Assembly: GCA_963790345.1 (NCBI GenBank)
Contig: CAWBOD010000011.1
Location: 227,681-291,680 of the forward strand
Origin: an uncultured Acidimicrobiia bacterium
GTDB lineage: Bacteria > Actinomycetota > Acidimicrobiia > Spongiisociales > ZC4RG35
Direction of reading: 5' to 3'
DNA: 64,000 nucleotides
Shown here piece by piece: positions 21,953-31,612 of the stretch (its first letter is position 1; each line of letters starts with the position of its first letter). Made by a program: the position numbers and the translations under genes. Below the pieces are notes generated by a model that saw nothing but the letters and a program-made list of their open reading frames with translations, searched no databases and had not been told where the DNA came from.

Positions 21953-22715
21953 TCACTTCGGGGCCATCCGAATCCCACCGTCCATCCGAATGGTTTCGGC
22001 GTTCATGTAGTCGTGGGTCAGAAGGAAGTAGGCAGCTTCCGCGAACTCCTCCGGGGTGCCGAGCCGCTTGGGAAAGAGCACCTGCTGACCGAGCGACTCC
22101 CGGGCCGGCTCGGGCAATCCGGCCAGCAAGGGTGTGTCCATGATGCCGGGTGCCAGCGTGTTGACCCTGATGCCTACAGAGGACAGGTCCCTGGCAATGG
22201 GCAGAGTCATCCCGACGATCCCGGCCTTTGAGGCCGAATATGCCGCCTGGCCGATCTGGCCGTCGAACGCCGCCACCGACGCAGTGTTGACGATGGCCCC
22301 TCGCAGACCGTGTGCCATTGGCTCGGTCGTCGCCATCGCGGCGGCCGCCAGACGAATGACATTGAACGTCCCGACGAGATTGACCTCGATGAGCGACTTG
22401 AAATGTCCCAGGTCGTGCGGTACTCCCTCTCGATTCAATGTGCGGGCCGGTGGGGCGATCCCGGCGCAGTTGACCAGCACTCGCAGCGGCGCCATCGCCA
22501 TCGCCACCGCGACCGCCGCCTGCACCTCTGACTCGTTGGTGACATCGGTGTGGGCGTACTCGCCGCCAACCTCTTTGGCCAACGCATGTCCCTTGTCGTC
22601 CTGGAGATCGGCGATCACGACCAGAGCTCCGGCCATGGCCAGGCGACGAGCCGTGGCGGCGCCGAGCCCGGAGGCTCCTCCCGTAACCAGCGGCCACGAC
22701 TCCCACCAGATCCAT
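21953..22715 (-). pseudogene. SDR family 3-hydroxyacyl-CoA dehydrogenase/3-oxoacyl reductase, one frameshift near the 5' end
   Basis: The 227-aa ORF lacks its Rossmann start. Upstream in the same frame reads LVTGGASGLGAATARRLAMAGA, while the ATG (MDLVGVVA, 22715) is in another frame. Switch near 22690. YSASKAG catalytic motif present. Confidence 0.8.
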
Positions 22716-22762
22716 TCAGGTCTCCTTGCTTGAAGGCCCGGCCGACGATAATCGGGAGCCAG

Positions 22763-23551
22763 ATGACGTTGATCGGTGTGTTCGATTCCGGTGTTGGCGG
22801 TCTCTCGGTGCTGGGTGAGGTTCGTCGACTTCTTCCCGGAGCGGACCTCATCTACCTGGCCGATCAGGCCAACTCACCCTACGGGCAACGCTCATTGGGA
22901 GAAGTGCGCAAGCTCGCCGAGGCCTGTACCAGACACCTTCTCGATCTCGGAGCAGATCTCATCGTCGTGGCCTGCAACACCGCTTCGGCGGCCGCCCTCC
23001 ACCATCTGCGATCGATGTTTCCGGGCGTGCCTTTCGTCGGCATGGAACCGGCGATCAAGCCGGCGACCGGCCTCACTCGAAGCAAGGTGGTAGGAGTCCT
23101 GGCGACGGCAGCCACCTTTCAGAGTGAACTGTTCTCGTCGGTGGTGGGCAGGTTCGCAGATGGAGTGACGATCGTCACCCAAGCTTGCCCGGGATGGGCC
23201 GACCTGGTGGAGACCGGTGAGATTTCGGGACCGGTGACCGAGGCGGCCATCGCCCGCCAGCTCGATCCGGTCCTGGCCGCCGGCGCCGACACCCTGGTCC
23301 TCGGATGCACCCACTATCCGTTTCTACGCCGCGTGATCGCCGAACGGGCGGGGGCGCAGGTCGTCATCGTGGACCCCGCCCCGGCCGTCGCCAGACAAGT
23401 CGTCGTTGTGGCCGGGGATTCGAACGGGCCGGGACATGGTGGAGAACTCCGCCTGTTGACCACCGGCAACGCCGTCGGGGCCCAGAACGTCATACGCCAC
23501 CTCACCGGAATTCGGACACCGGTGACCGCCGTAACCTTGGCCGAAGAGTGA
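22763..23551 (+). CDS. murI: glutamate racemase
   Basis: MTLIGVFDSGVGGLSV, VVACNTASA and LGCTHYP motifs. ATG at 22763 inside the longer ORF. Confidence 0.9.
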   Translation: MTLIGVFDSGVGGLSVLGEVRRLLPGADLIYLADQANSPYGQRSLGEVRKLAEACTRHLLDLGADLIVVACNTASAAALHHLRSMFPGVPFVGMEPAIKPATGLTRSKVVGVLATAATFQSELFSSVVGRFADGVTIVTQACPGWADLVETGEISGPVTEAAIARQLDPVLAAGADTLVLGCTHYPFLRRVIAERAGAQVVIVDPAPAVARQVVVVAGDSNGPGHGGELRLLTTGNAVGAQNVIRHLTGIRTPVTAVTLAEE

Positions 23552-24048
23552 GCGAATCGAACGATCTCGACCCGTGGGACGAGGCACTTCTGGCGGCCCT
23601 GGAGCGGGATCCCCAAGAGTTGCTGATGACGTTGCCCGAATTGGCTGAAGCCTCGAGCTTCTCGACCACCCTTCTCGAGGTGGTGATCCGTGAAGGATTT
23701 CTCATACCGGCCCGGGAGGACCCCGAGCCGCTCTTCGAGCAATCCGACGCCGAGACTCTCAAATCGGGGCTCGCCCTCATCGAGGCCGGGCTGCCACTCG
23801 GAGAGTTGCTGGATCTTGCCCGCCGGACCGACAGCGCCATGCGACCGATCGCTGAGCGGGCGGTGGAGGTCTTCGCCAGATATGTGAGGGACTCGGTCGA
23901 AGCCAACGCCGGTAGCGAGGAGGAAGCAGCCAGGAAGCTCGTTTCCGCGTTCACGACCATGCTGCCCGCCACGGGACGGCTGGTGGACCGCCACTTTCGC
24001 CGCCTTCTGATCGAGGTTGCCCGGCGGCGCCTGTCGGGCGAAGCGTGA
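23548..24048 (+). CDS. MerR-like helix-turn-helix protein (function uncertain)
   Basis: GTG 23548 overlaps the murI stop (GTGA). MTLPELAEASSFSTTLLEVVIREGFLIP resembles a MerR-type HTH. The stop overlaps the menF start (GTGA). Confidence 0.45.
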   Translation: MSESNDLDPWDEALLAALERDPQELLMTLPELAEASSFSTTLLEVVIREGFLIPAREDPEPLFEQSDAETLKSGLALIEAGLPLGELLDLARRTDSAMRPIAERAVEVFARYVRDSVEANAGSEEEAARKLVSAFTTMLPATGRLVDRHFRRLLIEVARRRLSGEA

Positions 24049-25244
24049 CCATCCGGATCGATCCGACCGGCGTCACCACTGCCGAAGCCCTGGCGCGCAA
24101 GCCCCATACCGTTTGGATCTCGTCCGAGGTGACGCTGGCTGGATTCGGTCAACGAACAAGGCTCGACCCCGGAGTCGGGCCCGGTCGGTTCGCACGAGCC
24201 CAAGAAATGTTTGCCGAATGGGTTACCGACCAAGGCCCGATCGAGGCGTCGGATTCCGGTGGACCCTACGCCTTTGCGAGCTTCACCTTCGATCACGAGG
24301 CTTCCCCCTCCAGCGTTGTCATCCCGGAAATCGTCTTCGCCTCCCGAGGCCCGTCCCGCTGGATCATCCGTCACGGGTCCGATGCTGAGGAATGGGGGGA
24401 ACCACCGACGCCGCCTTTGGGTGGTGCTCACGACCGACCTCGCTTCGCCGGCTCCTCACTACCCGATCACCTGTGGCTCGAAGCCGTGGCCAAGGCGATC
24501 AAGGAGATCGAGGAAGGTCATCTGGAGAAGGTCGTCCTCGCCCGCGACCACGCGCTCTGGTCGAAGGAGCCTTTCGACCTGCACCGGGTGCTGGGAAAGC
24601 TCCAGCGAGGTTTCCCTGAATGCATGGTTTACCTGGTCGACGGACTGTTGGGGGCATCGCCTGAGTTGCTGATACGCCGGGTCGGCAACGTTGTCACCTC
24701 CCTGGCCCTGGCCGGATCTGCGCGTCGCGATCGTGATCCCGTCGCCGACCAGCAGCTCGGTGCCGAGTTGCTCGCGTCGAAGAAGGATTTGCACGAGCAC
24801 GCGCTGGCTTCGACTTCCGTAGCAAGGGTCCTCGAGGAAGTTTGCAGGTCCCTTGAACGGCCTCCCGGTCCCTACGTCTTCAAGCTGGCGAACGTGCAAC
24901 ACCTCGCAACCTCGTTTACCGGAGTGCTGGCCGAGTCTCACCACGTGCTCGACCTGGTGCGAAAGCTGCACCCCACCGCCGCGGTGGGAGGAACCCCAAC
25001 GGCTGCTGCCGTCGACATGATCAGATCGCTGGAGGGGATGGATCGTGGTCGTTACGCAGGTCCGGTTGGGATCTTCGATGCCACCGGCAACGGTGAGTTC
25101 GCTATTGCATTGAGATGCGCCGAGGTCTCCGGGGCGCGGGCTCGTTTGTTCGCCGGCGCCGGGCTCGTGAGGGGATCCGTGCCCGAGGATGAGCTGGAGG
25201 AGACCAGGATCAAGCTGCAGGCGATGCTGTCAGCGTTGGAATAG
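24045..25244 (+). CDS. menF: isochorismate synthase
   Basis: Chorismate-binding C-terminus: LHPTAAVGGTP, GRYAGPVGIFD, FAIALRCA, AGAGLV. Confidence 0.85.
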   Translation: MTIRIDPTGVTTAEALARKPHTVWISSEVTLAGFGQRTRLDPGVGPGRFARAQEMFAEWVTDQGPIEASDSGGPYAFASFTFDHEASPSSVVIPEIVFASRGPSRWIIRHGSDAEEWGEPPTPPLGGAHDRPRFAGSSLPDHLWLEAVAKAIKEIEEGHLEKVVLARDHALWSKEPFDLHRVLGKLQRGFPECMVYLVDGLLGASPELLIRRVGNVVTSLALAGSARRDRDPVADQQLGAELLASKKDLHEHALASTSVARVLEEVCRSLERPPGPYVFKLANVQHLATSFTGVLAESHHVLDLVRKLHPTAAVGGTPTAAAVDMIRSLEGMDRGRYAGPVGIFDATGNGEFAIALRCAEVSGARARLFAGAGLVRGSVPEDELEETRIKLQAMLSALE

Positions 25245-26915
25245 GACCTCAACGCCCTCGACGACGGCGGCCGTCAACCGCCGGTGGAGGACCAGATTTT
25301 CGTTGCGGTCCGTTCGAATTTCGATGAGCTGGACCCCACCCCCGGTGATGCCATTGGTCACCGCCGACCCAACGTCAGAAGCCTTCTCGACCAGCCGGTG
25401 GGCGAGGCCGTAGAACTCGGCCAACTTTGCCAGGTTGGCCCCGGTGGGGGTTCCGAACAGTTGCTCGAACGAAGCAGGAAAACCGGCTTGGGGCAGGAAG
25501 GAGAAGATCCCGCCCCCATCATTGTTGAGAATCACTACGACTAGAGCCGGACGTGGGGCAACCAGGAAACCGTTCTGATCGTGCAGAAGGGAGAGATCAC
25601 CGACCAAGGCAACCGCCGGCCCGGTGGCTCCGACTCCGAGAGCGGTCGACACCAACCCGTCGATCCCGGAAGCCCCCCGGTTGGAAATCACCTTCACCGG
25701 TGAACCCGCCCTGGAAAACCAGTCCAGGTCCCGAACGGGCATCGATGAACCTACGACCAAGCTGGCCCCGGCCGGGATGGCCGCGGCGACATCGCGGGCC
25801 ACCCTGGGTTCACTGGGACTTTCGGCACCGTCGAGCTCCGAGTCGAGCACCTGGCGAGCGATCGATTCGGCTCTCCGCCACGTAGATCGCCACTCGAGAT
25901 CAGGATCGACCTGCACGAATGAGACCGCCCGCACCATGCGCGATACCCGCCGGTCCGGATCGAACCATCCGTTCCCGACGCCGACCGTCTCGACGGACGC
26001 GAGGTAATTCGTGAGGTTGCGCGATAGTCCTGCCCGGCCGAGCACCACCACCAGGTCCGGCTGGAGTGATGAGGCAGCCGCCGGGGAAGCCAATATGTGG
26101 TGTGCCGTCGTGACGGTCCCGGGAACGCGGCAGCCGCTGTGAGCCTCGGCCACCACAACGCATCCCGCCTCGAGTGCGGAGACCACTTCATTCAGATCGG
26201 CGCCGTCGCCCGCCACCACCAGCACCCGCCCGCGGACCTCGATCGGAAGAGGCATCGGTCGGGGCTCAACCGGCAGAGTTGTCCAGGGAGCGCCTGACTC
26301 GCGACCCTCGAGGGAGTTTTGATACGCCGAGCCGGACACTCTGCCATCGTTGGTAAGCGGCACGATCGGCTCCCGAAACGCCACATTGATGTGAACCGGA
26401 CCGCGCCTCCCGGCCCATCCCTGCGACTCGGCGCTGGACCGGCATATGAGCGACCGCCAGTAATCCGACTCGGCGACCCGATCTTCGGCGGCCGGTATGT
26501 CGACGAACCATCGGACCGCGTCTGAAAAGAGCTTCACCTGATCGATCGTCTGGTTGGAGCCCGTGCCCCGGAGCTCGTGCGGGCGATCGGCTGTGATCAA
26601 CAGAAGGGGCACCATCGCCAGGTCGGCTTCTACCGCGGCCGGATGGAGATTGGCGGCGGCGGTGCCGGAGGTGGTGAGCACCGCCGACCTGGCCCCCGCC
26701 TTGGCGAGGCCAAGGGCAAAGAATCCCGCCGATCTCTCATCGACTTCTACCCAGAGCCTCAGCTCGGGGCGGTCGCAGGCAGCGAGCGCCAGCGCCGCCG
26801 AGCGCGAGCCCGGAGCCAGGACCAGGTCGAGGACCCCGTTGCGGATCAACTCGTCGATCATCACGGTCGCCATGGCGGTGGAGCCGTTGGGAGCCATGCC
26901 TGGCGCGGAAGTCAC
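25230..26915 (-). CDS. menD: SEPHCHC synthase (2-succinyl-5-enolpyruvyl-6-hydroxy-3-cyclohexene-1-carboxylate synthase)
   Basis: 561-aa ThDP enzyme (PGSRSAALALA, GASGIDG, VILNNDGGGIF). Its start overlaps the menC stop by 4 nt. Confidence 0.9.
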   Translation of the reverse strand: MTSAPGMAPNGSTAMATVMIDELIRNGVLDLVLAPGSRSAALALAACDRPELRLWVEVDERSAGFFALGLAKAGARSAVLTTSGTAAANLHPAAVEADLAMVPLLLITADRPHELRGTGSNQTIDQVKLFSDAVRWFVDIPAAEDRVAESDYWRSLICRSSAESQGWAGRRGPVHINVAFREPIVPLTNDGRVSGSAYQNSLEGRESGAPWTTLPVEPRPMPLPIEVRGRVLVVAGDGADLNEVVSALEAGCVVVAEAHSGCRVPGTVTTAHHILASPAAASSLQPDLVVVLGRAGLSRNLTNYLASVETVGVGNGWFDPDRRVSRMVRAVSFVQVDPDLEWRSTWRRAESIARQVLDSELDGAESPSEPRVARDVAAAIPAGASLVVGSSMPVRDLDWFSRAGSPVKVISNRGASGIDGLVSTALGVGATGPAVALVGDLSLLHDQNGFLVAPRPALVVVILNNDGGGIFSFLPQAGFPASFEQLFGTPTGANLAKLAEFYGLAHRLVEKASDVGSAVTNGITGGGVQLIEIRTDRNENLVLHRRLTAAVVEGVEVLFQR

Positions 26916-27889
26916 GTCAACACCTCGGCTGCCCAGCGAAGACGCCGGAGAAGCTCCGCCGAGGTATCGCGGTCGGCTGCGAATTGCTCTACCAATGTGG
27001 GGTCGGGCTCGGGTCGTCGTAGCTCCATCTCGCCGTCGATCGGGAGCAGTGAATCCAGCACCACGTCCCCGGTGAAAAGGGAAACGGTGCCAAGACCACA
27101 GGCGAAATCCAGCTGGGGCAGGGCCGCCGCCGCCGCCAGGCCGGCGGCAATCCCGATCGACGTCTCGAGGGCCGATGAAACCACCGCGGGAAGACCGGAA
27201 CGCTGCGCCAGCCCGAGGGCCCGCTCCACGCCCCCCAATGGCTGAACCTTGAGAACGATGACATCGGCCGCTCCCCTCTCGGCAACCTCGAGAGGATCGG
27301 CCGCCAACCGCACCGCCTCATCTGCGGCAATTCGAACGGGCACCCGACGACGGAGCTCGATCATGTCCTCCAGGGTCCGCACGGGCTGTTCAGCGTATTC
27401 GAGGTCATAGTTGGCCAGCCGGAGCAGCATCTGTGTGGCCGTATCGAGATCCCAAGCTCCGTTCACATCGATTCGAATCTTGCCGGTCGGACCTAGGGCT
27501 TGCCGCACCGCGGCGAGCCGCTCCTCGTCTTCCTCCGGACTCTGACCGGGATCGGCCACTTTTACCTTGGCGGTGCGGCATCCGGATCCAGTGACGATCG
27601 AGTAGGCGGTGGGGCCGTCGACGGCCGGAACTGTCACGTTGATCGGCACCTTCGCTCGCACGGGCGCGGGCCAGGTGGAACAGGCTGCCTCCAGCGCCGC
27701 GGCCAGCCATCTGGTCGTCACCTCCGGCGGATAGTCGGGAAACGGCGAGAACTCGCCCCAGCCCTCCGGGCCCCTGATGAGGACCGCGTCGCGGCGCTCG
27801 ACGCGGCGAAACCGATATTTCATAGGGATGGAGACCGGATGCAACTCGAGGGCCTCGAGAACCGCGCCCGAAGCGGAGATGGCCGTCAT
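26912..27889 (-). CDS. menC: o-succinylbenzoate synthase (enolase superfamily)
   Basis: 325 aa. GWGEFSPF, KVKV, RIDVNGAWD and YAEQP motifs. Adjacent to menD. Confidence 0.85.
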   Translation of the reverse strand: MTAISASGAVLEALELHPVSIPMKYRFRRVERRDAVLIRGPEGWGEFSPFPDYPPEVTTRWLAAALEAACSTWPAPVRAKVPINVTVPAVDGPTAYSIVTGSGCRTAKVKVADPGQSPEEDEERLAAVRQALGPTGKIRIDVNGAWDLDTATQMLLRLANYDLEYAEQPVRTLEDMIELRRRVPVRIAADEAVRLAADPLEVAERGAADVIVLKVQPLGGVERALGLAQRSGLPAVVSSALETSIGIAAGLAAAAALPQLDFACGLGTVSLFTGDVVLDSLLPIDGEMELRRPEPDPTLVEQFAADRDTSAELLRRLRWAAEVLT

Positions 27890-28200
27890 CCGGTGCCGTC
27901 CGACCGCTGTTGGGTCCTCAAGTATTCCACCACTCGGGCGATTTGATCATCACTGAGTGTGGAGTCGAAGGAAGGCATGCGGCCCCTGCCGCGATCGATG
28001 GTCAGAACCAGGAATTCATCGTCTTGTTCGGCGGCGTTTGATCCTGCCCCCAGCGCCGGCCCAATTCCGCCGCCAAGGTCGTCACCATGACAATTGGCAC
28101 AGACCTGTTGATATATCTCCTGGCCCGTCGCGCTCGCCGGCGGAGGCCCGGCGCAGGCGGCCAGAGCCAAGACCAAGAAGGCGACTAGTGATCTGAACAT
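27886..28200 (-). CDS. membrane-anchored/lipoprotein c-type cytochrome
   Basis: ATG 28200 (MFRSLVAFLVLALAAC...). CANCH heme-binding motif and a downstream Met (GRMPSF). Confidence 0.8.
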   Translation of the reverse strand: MFRSLVAFLVLALAACAGPPPASATGQEIYQQVCANCHGDDLGGGIGPALGAGSNAAEQDDEFLVLTIDRGRGRMPSFDSTLSDDQIARVVEYLRTQQRSDGTG

Positions 28201-28239
28201 CCCCGGCGATGGTAGGAACCAGGCCCTTATGATCGATTC

Positions 28240-29043
28240 ATGGAGCAATCCATGGACTTGGCCGCTGCCTCCGAACAGACCTGGGATGCAGTCTCGGAAC
28301 TGATCGCCGGCCTGGAGCTCAGCGACTGGGATCGTCCGACGCCATGTGTCGGGTGGTCGGTCAAGGATGTTGTTGCTCATCTCGGGCACGTCGAAGGAAT
28401 GCTCGTGCACGGGTTCGAGCAGCCTGAGGCGTCCCCGGATTGGATCGGCGAAGGATCTCCTCTCGACCAGATCACCGGCCAGGGTGTGGCCGCGAGGCGC
28501 AATTGGTCGATCGCCGACGTGGTAGACGAGTTGGAGCGGGCCTCGGTGGCAACGCGGACATTGTTGAGCCGCACCGACCTCGACTGGCAGGAACTCGCGC
28601 CTACCCCGGTTGGAACGGCGCCTCGAAGCGTGGCGGTCGAGATGCGAATCAACGATGCCTACCTGCACATGTGCGATATCAGAACGGCGATCGGCCAGGC
28701 GATCGATGGCATCAATGAACCGCTGACACGAAGCGTTGCAACCGGTCGGGCGATTCGCTTGTCTCCCTGGGCCTGGGCCAAGAGAGTCCAGGCCGGCGAC
28801 GGCCAGCGTCTGCGGCTTTCGCTCAGCGGGGTATCCGGAGTAGAACACGATGTCGTGATGCGCGCCGGAAAAGCCGTGGTCGAGCCTCAAGACGGCACTC
28901 CCGATGCCTTGGTCGAAGGATCCGCTCTCGCCTACCTGCTGGCGGTCAGCGGTCGCCATGCCCTCGTTTCCGCCGGGGGCGGCCTGATTGCAACCGGAGA
29001 GCCGGCCCGCGCGCTGCTCGAGAAGTTTCGACTGGTCGGCTGA
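28240..29043 (+). CDS. mycothiol-dependent maleylpyruvate-isomerase-family / DinB-like protein
   Basis: N-terminal WDRPTPCVGWSVKDVVAHLGH motif typical of the actinobacterial TIGR03083-type family. Confidence 0.7.
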   Translation: MEQSMDLAAASEQTWDAVSELIAGLELSDWDRPTPCVGWSVKDVVAHLGHVEGMLVHGFEQPEASPDWIGEGSPLDQITGQGVAARRNWSIADVVDELERASVATRTLLSRTDLDWQELAPTPVGTAPRSVAVEMRINDAYLHMCDIRTAIGQAIDGINEPLTRSVATGRAIRLSPWAWAKRVQAGDGQRLRLSLSGVSGVEHDVVMRAGKAVVEPQDGTPDALVEGSALAYLLAVSGRHALVSAGGGLIATGEPARALLEKFRLVG

Positions 29044-29062
29044 ATCTCGAAACTGCCGCTTA

Positions 29063-29135
29063 CCACCCGCAGATCTAGGCACCCGCAGCTCTGGGTACTT
29101 CCCTCTAGGCACTTCCCTCTAGGCACTTCCCTGGG
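29063..29135. repeat. five degenerate 14-17 bp tandem units spanning the manC stop codon
   Basis: CACCCGCAGATCTAGG / CACCCGCAGCTCTGGG / TACTTCCCTCTAGG / CACTTCCCTCTAGG / CACTTCCCTGGGTCC. The manC stop (CTA 29119..29121) lies inside one unit. Confidence 0.75.
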
Positions 29136-30235
29136 TCCGGTCGCCGAGCCTCTCGACCAGGGTCTTGACATCTTGGGCCCGGTCCCGGGGAACAATCAAG
29201 ACTGCGTCGCGGGTGGCCACCACCACCAACCCTTCGACACCGATCGCCGCCACCAGCGGCCCTTCCGACCTCAGATAGTTGTCCGCCGCGTCGAGAGAGA
29301 TGACGTCGCCCACATTGACATTCCCCTGCTGGTCGTGCTCCCCCAATTCCCAAAGGCTCTCCCACGAGCCGACGTCGTTCCAAGAGGCGTCGAGCTCAAC
29401 CACAGCCGCACGGTCGGTTGGCTCCATCACTGCGACGTCGATCGAACTCGCAGGCGCGGATCCGAATTCGGGTCCCAGCTCGATTCGATCCGCCACCGAG
29501 ACGGACGATCGGAGTGACTCCTCAACGCGCGCCAACACCTCGGGGGCATAGCGGCTCAGCTCCTCGATGAGTACGCCCACGGGGAAGACGAACATCCCGC
29601 TGTTCCAGAGGGCCCCGCTCGCGATAAGTTCAGCCGCGACCGAAACACTGGGCTTTTCGACGAAACGTTGGACGCGGAGGGCACCGGGCCCCCCGCCAAT
29701 TGAAGCGCGGAGGGCCCCCGCCAATTGAAGTGCGAAGGGCACCGGTGGTCGATGGGCCTTCCAGGTCGGAGGGGGCAGGAACGATGTAGCCAAATCCGGT
29801 CTCGGGACGGGTGGGCACCACCCCGAAGGTCACGAGCCGACCCTGCCGGGCAGCCTCGACCGCGGAATCGAGGGCAAGATGGAACGCAGGTACGTTGGCG
29901 ATGTGGTGGTCCGCCGGCAAGACCAGGAGCACGTCGTCGGGGGATGCGGTCAACGCGGCCGCCGCAACTGCCGGGGCGGTATTGCGACCCACCGGCTCGC
30001 CGATGAGTAGGCGCGGAAGATCGGGTCGAATCTGGGCCGCAACCGCGTCGAGGGAGTTGACGTTCGCCACGATCACCATCCGACCATCGAGATGGTTGAC
30101 CCTCGCCAGGGTCGATTGCAGCATCGTCTCGGGTCCCAGCAGTGACTGAAGCTGCTTCGGGGTCGAAGGACGCGACAGCGGCCAGAGCCGCGTGCCCGCT
30201 CCCCCCGACAGAATGACCGGAATTGTCGACGCCAT
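29119..30235 (-). pseudogene. manC: mannose-1-phosphate guanylyltransferase, interrupted by a 58-nt tandem duplication
   Basis: MASTIPVILSGGAGTRLWPLSR and PADH are in the 5' ORF. RFVEKP and LWNSGMFVF are in the 3' ORF. The two ORFs differ by one frame and are separated by the duplicated segment 29673..29745. Confidence 0.85.
29673..29745. repeat. intragenic tandem duplication in manC (33 nt + 25 nt + partial copy)
   Basis: CGCGGAGGGCACCGGGCCCCCCGCCAATTGAAG (29673..29705), CGCGGAGGGCCCCCGCCAATTGAAG (29706..29730), TGCGAAGGGCACCGG (29731..29745). It encodes repeated GALRxSIGGGP. Confidence 0.85.
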
Positions 30236-30256
30236 GGACCGTTAGGGTACCGAGCC

Positions 30257-31450
30257 GTGCTGGACGTCTCCCCGTCCCCGTCTCCCTCACCCTCCGGCGG
30301 CGCGAACAGCCTCGTAGTCGTCCCCGTCCTCAACGAAGACCCGGATGTCGTCTTGAGCACGCTGCGGGCGGCGGCCTCCCATCCCGCCGTGGGGTTGGTT
30401 TTGGCCATCACCGGCGACCACGACGAGAGCAACCAGGGAATTCGGGCCATGGTCACCGAGCTGGGCCCAAGGGTGCAAGTGATGCCACAACAACGTCTCG
30501 GGAGCTTGCGGCCCGGCAAGGGTGATGCGATCAACACCGGATGGAAGGTGTTCCTGGAGGACGGTCGATTCCAGAGAATTCATTTCTACGACGCCGACAT
30601 CAAGACGTTCGGCACTGATTGGATCACCAAGGCAGAGGAGGCCCTCGATCTCGGCTTTCAGTCCGTCCGTCATTTCTATCCGAGAGCGGCGACCGACGCG
30701 ATGATCACGTGGATGGTGACCCGACTTGGCTTCGCCCTGCTCTGGCCGCGATCACAACTCCCCACTATCGAGCAACCACTCTCCGGTGAGCTGGCGTTCA
30801 GTCGGGCGGCTTCCGAAATCATCGCCGTCGATCCGCGCGTCAAGTCTCAGAGCGATTGGGGGATCGACACCGCGATTACTTTCGCGACCATTGCGCATGG
30901 TCAATCGATCTACTCGTCGTACATCGCGCGAGGGAAGGACCACGCCCTCTATTCGGTGTTGACGGACATCAAGGTCATGATGGTCGAGTGCCTCGGAGCT
31001 CTCCAGCGGTTACGTTCCGCCGTTGATCAGGACGACGCTCTCGACAAGCCAGTGGAGCGATTCAGCGAACCGGCCGATTCGGTTTCCCAACAGATCGCCC
31101 AGCAGATCGGTTTCGACATAGAAGCGACCCAGAGGCTATTGGCCGTGGGTTGGTCAACCAGACAGGACGCCCTGCTCAGTGCCCATTTTCCGGCGGGCGT
31201 CGCCGCCCGAGCGAGGCAATGGCGCGACTGGCCCGACACCTCGTGGATGGATGAACAGACGTGGTTGGAAACGCTTGCGATCCTGCTCGATGACTTTGTG
31301 CCGACCGACAACGATTGGGTCGACCTCGCCTTCCGTATGTGGGTGGGTCGCGTGCTCCACTACACGCTTCGGATCGCCGTCCGAGGTCACGCGTTCGCAG
31401 ACGCATATCTTCATCAAATGGTCGCGCGGGCGATCACTGCTGCGACTTGA
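30257..31450 (+). CDS. mgs: mannosylglycerate synthase (GT78-type, single-step GDP-mannose + glycerate)
   Basis: Long blocks match my recollection of the Rhodothermus marinus Mgs: LRPGKGDAINTG, RIHFYDADIKTFGTDWITKAEEA, ATDAMITWMVTRLGFALLWP, IEQPLSGEL, SDWGIDT, MMVEC. Divergent from manC. Confidence 0.8.
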   Translation: MLDVSPSPSPSPSGGANSLVVVPVLNEDPDVVLSTLRAAASHPAVGLVLAITGDHDESNQGIRAMVTELGPRVQVMPQQRLGSLRPGKGDAINTGWKVFLEDGRFQRIHFYDADIKTFGTDWITKAEEALDLGFQSVRHFYPRAATDAMITWMVTRLGFALLWPRSQLPTIEQPLSGELAFSRAASEIIAVDPRVKSQSDWGIDTAITFATIAHGQSIYSSYIARGKDHALYSVLTDIKVMMVECLGALQRLRSAVDQDDALDKPVERFSEPADSVSQQIAQQIGFDIEATQRLLAVGWSTRQDALLSAHFPAGVAARARQWRDWPDTSWMDEQTWLETLAILLDDFVPTDNDWVDLAFRMWVGRVLHYTLRIAVRGHAFADAYLHQMVARAITAAT

Positions 31451-31520
31451 TCCGGCCAAACATTTCGTCAATACGCGCCGCCTGTGGATTCTGCTTCATG
31501 CTGTTAAACATTTGAATTTC

Positions 31521-31548
31521 TTGACGCGGTGGAAAGCTTGAATACTCT
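31521..31548 (+). promoter_or_regulatory. putative sigma-A type promoter of the AKKA-repeat gene
   Basis: TTGACG (31521..31526), 16-nt spacer, TACTCT (31543..31548, fits TANNNT). It sits in a locally AT-richer stretch ~65 nt upstream of the start codon. Confidence 0.35.
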
Positions 31549-31612
31549 TGCAACGTCTACGCACTGTCGAGAGATTGGCTTTCGATAAATGGTGCGACGA
31601 CAAGGAGGACAC

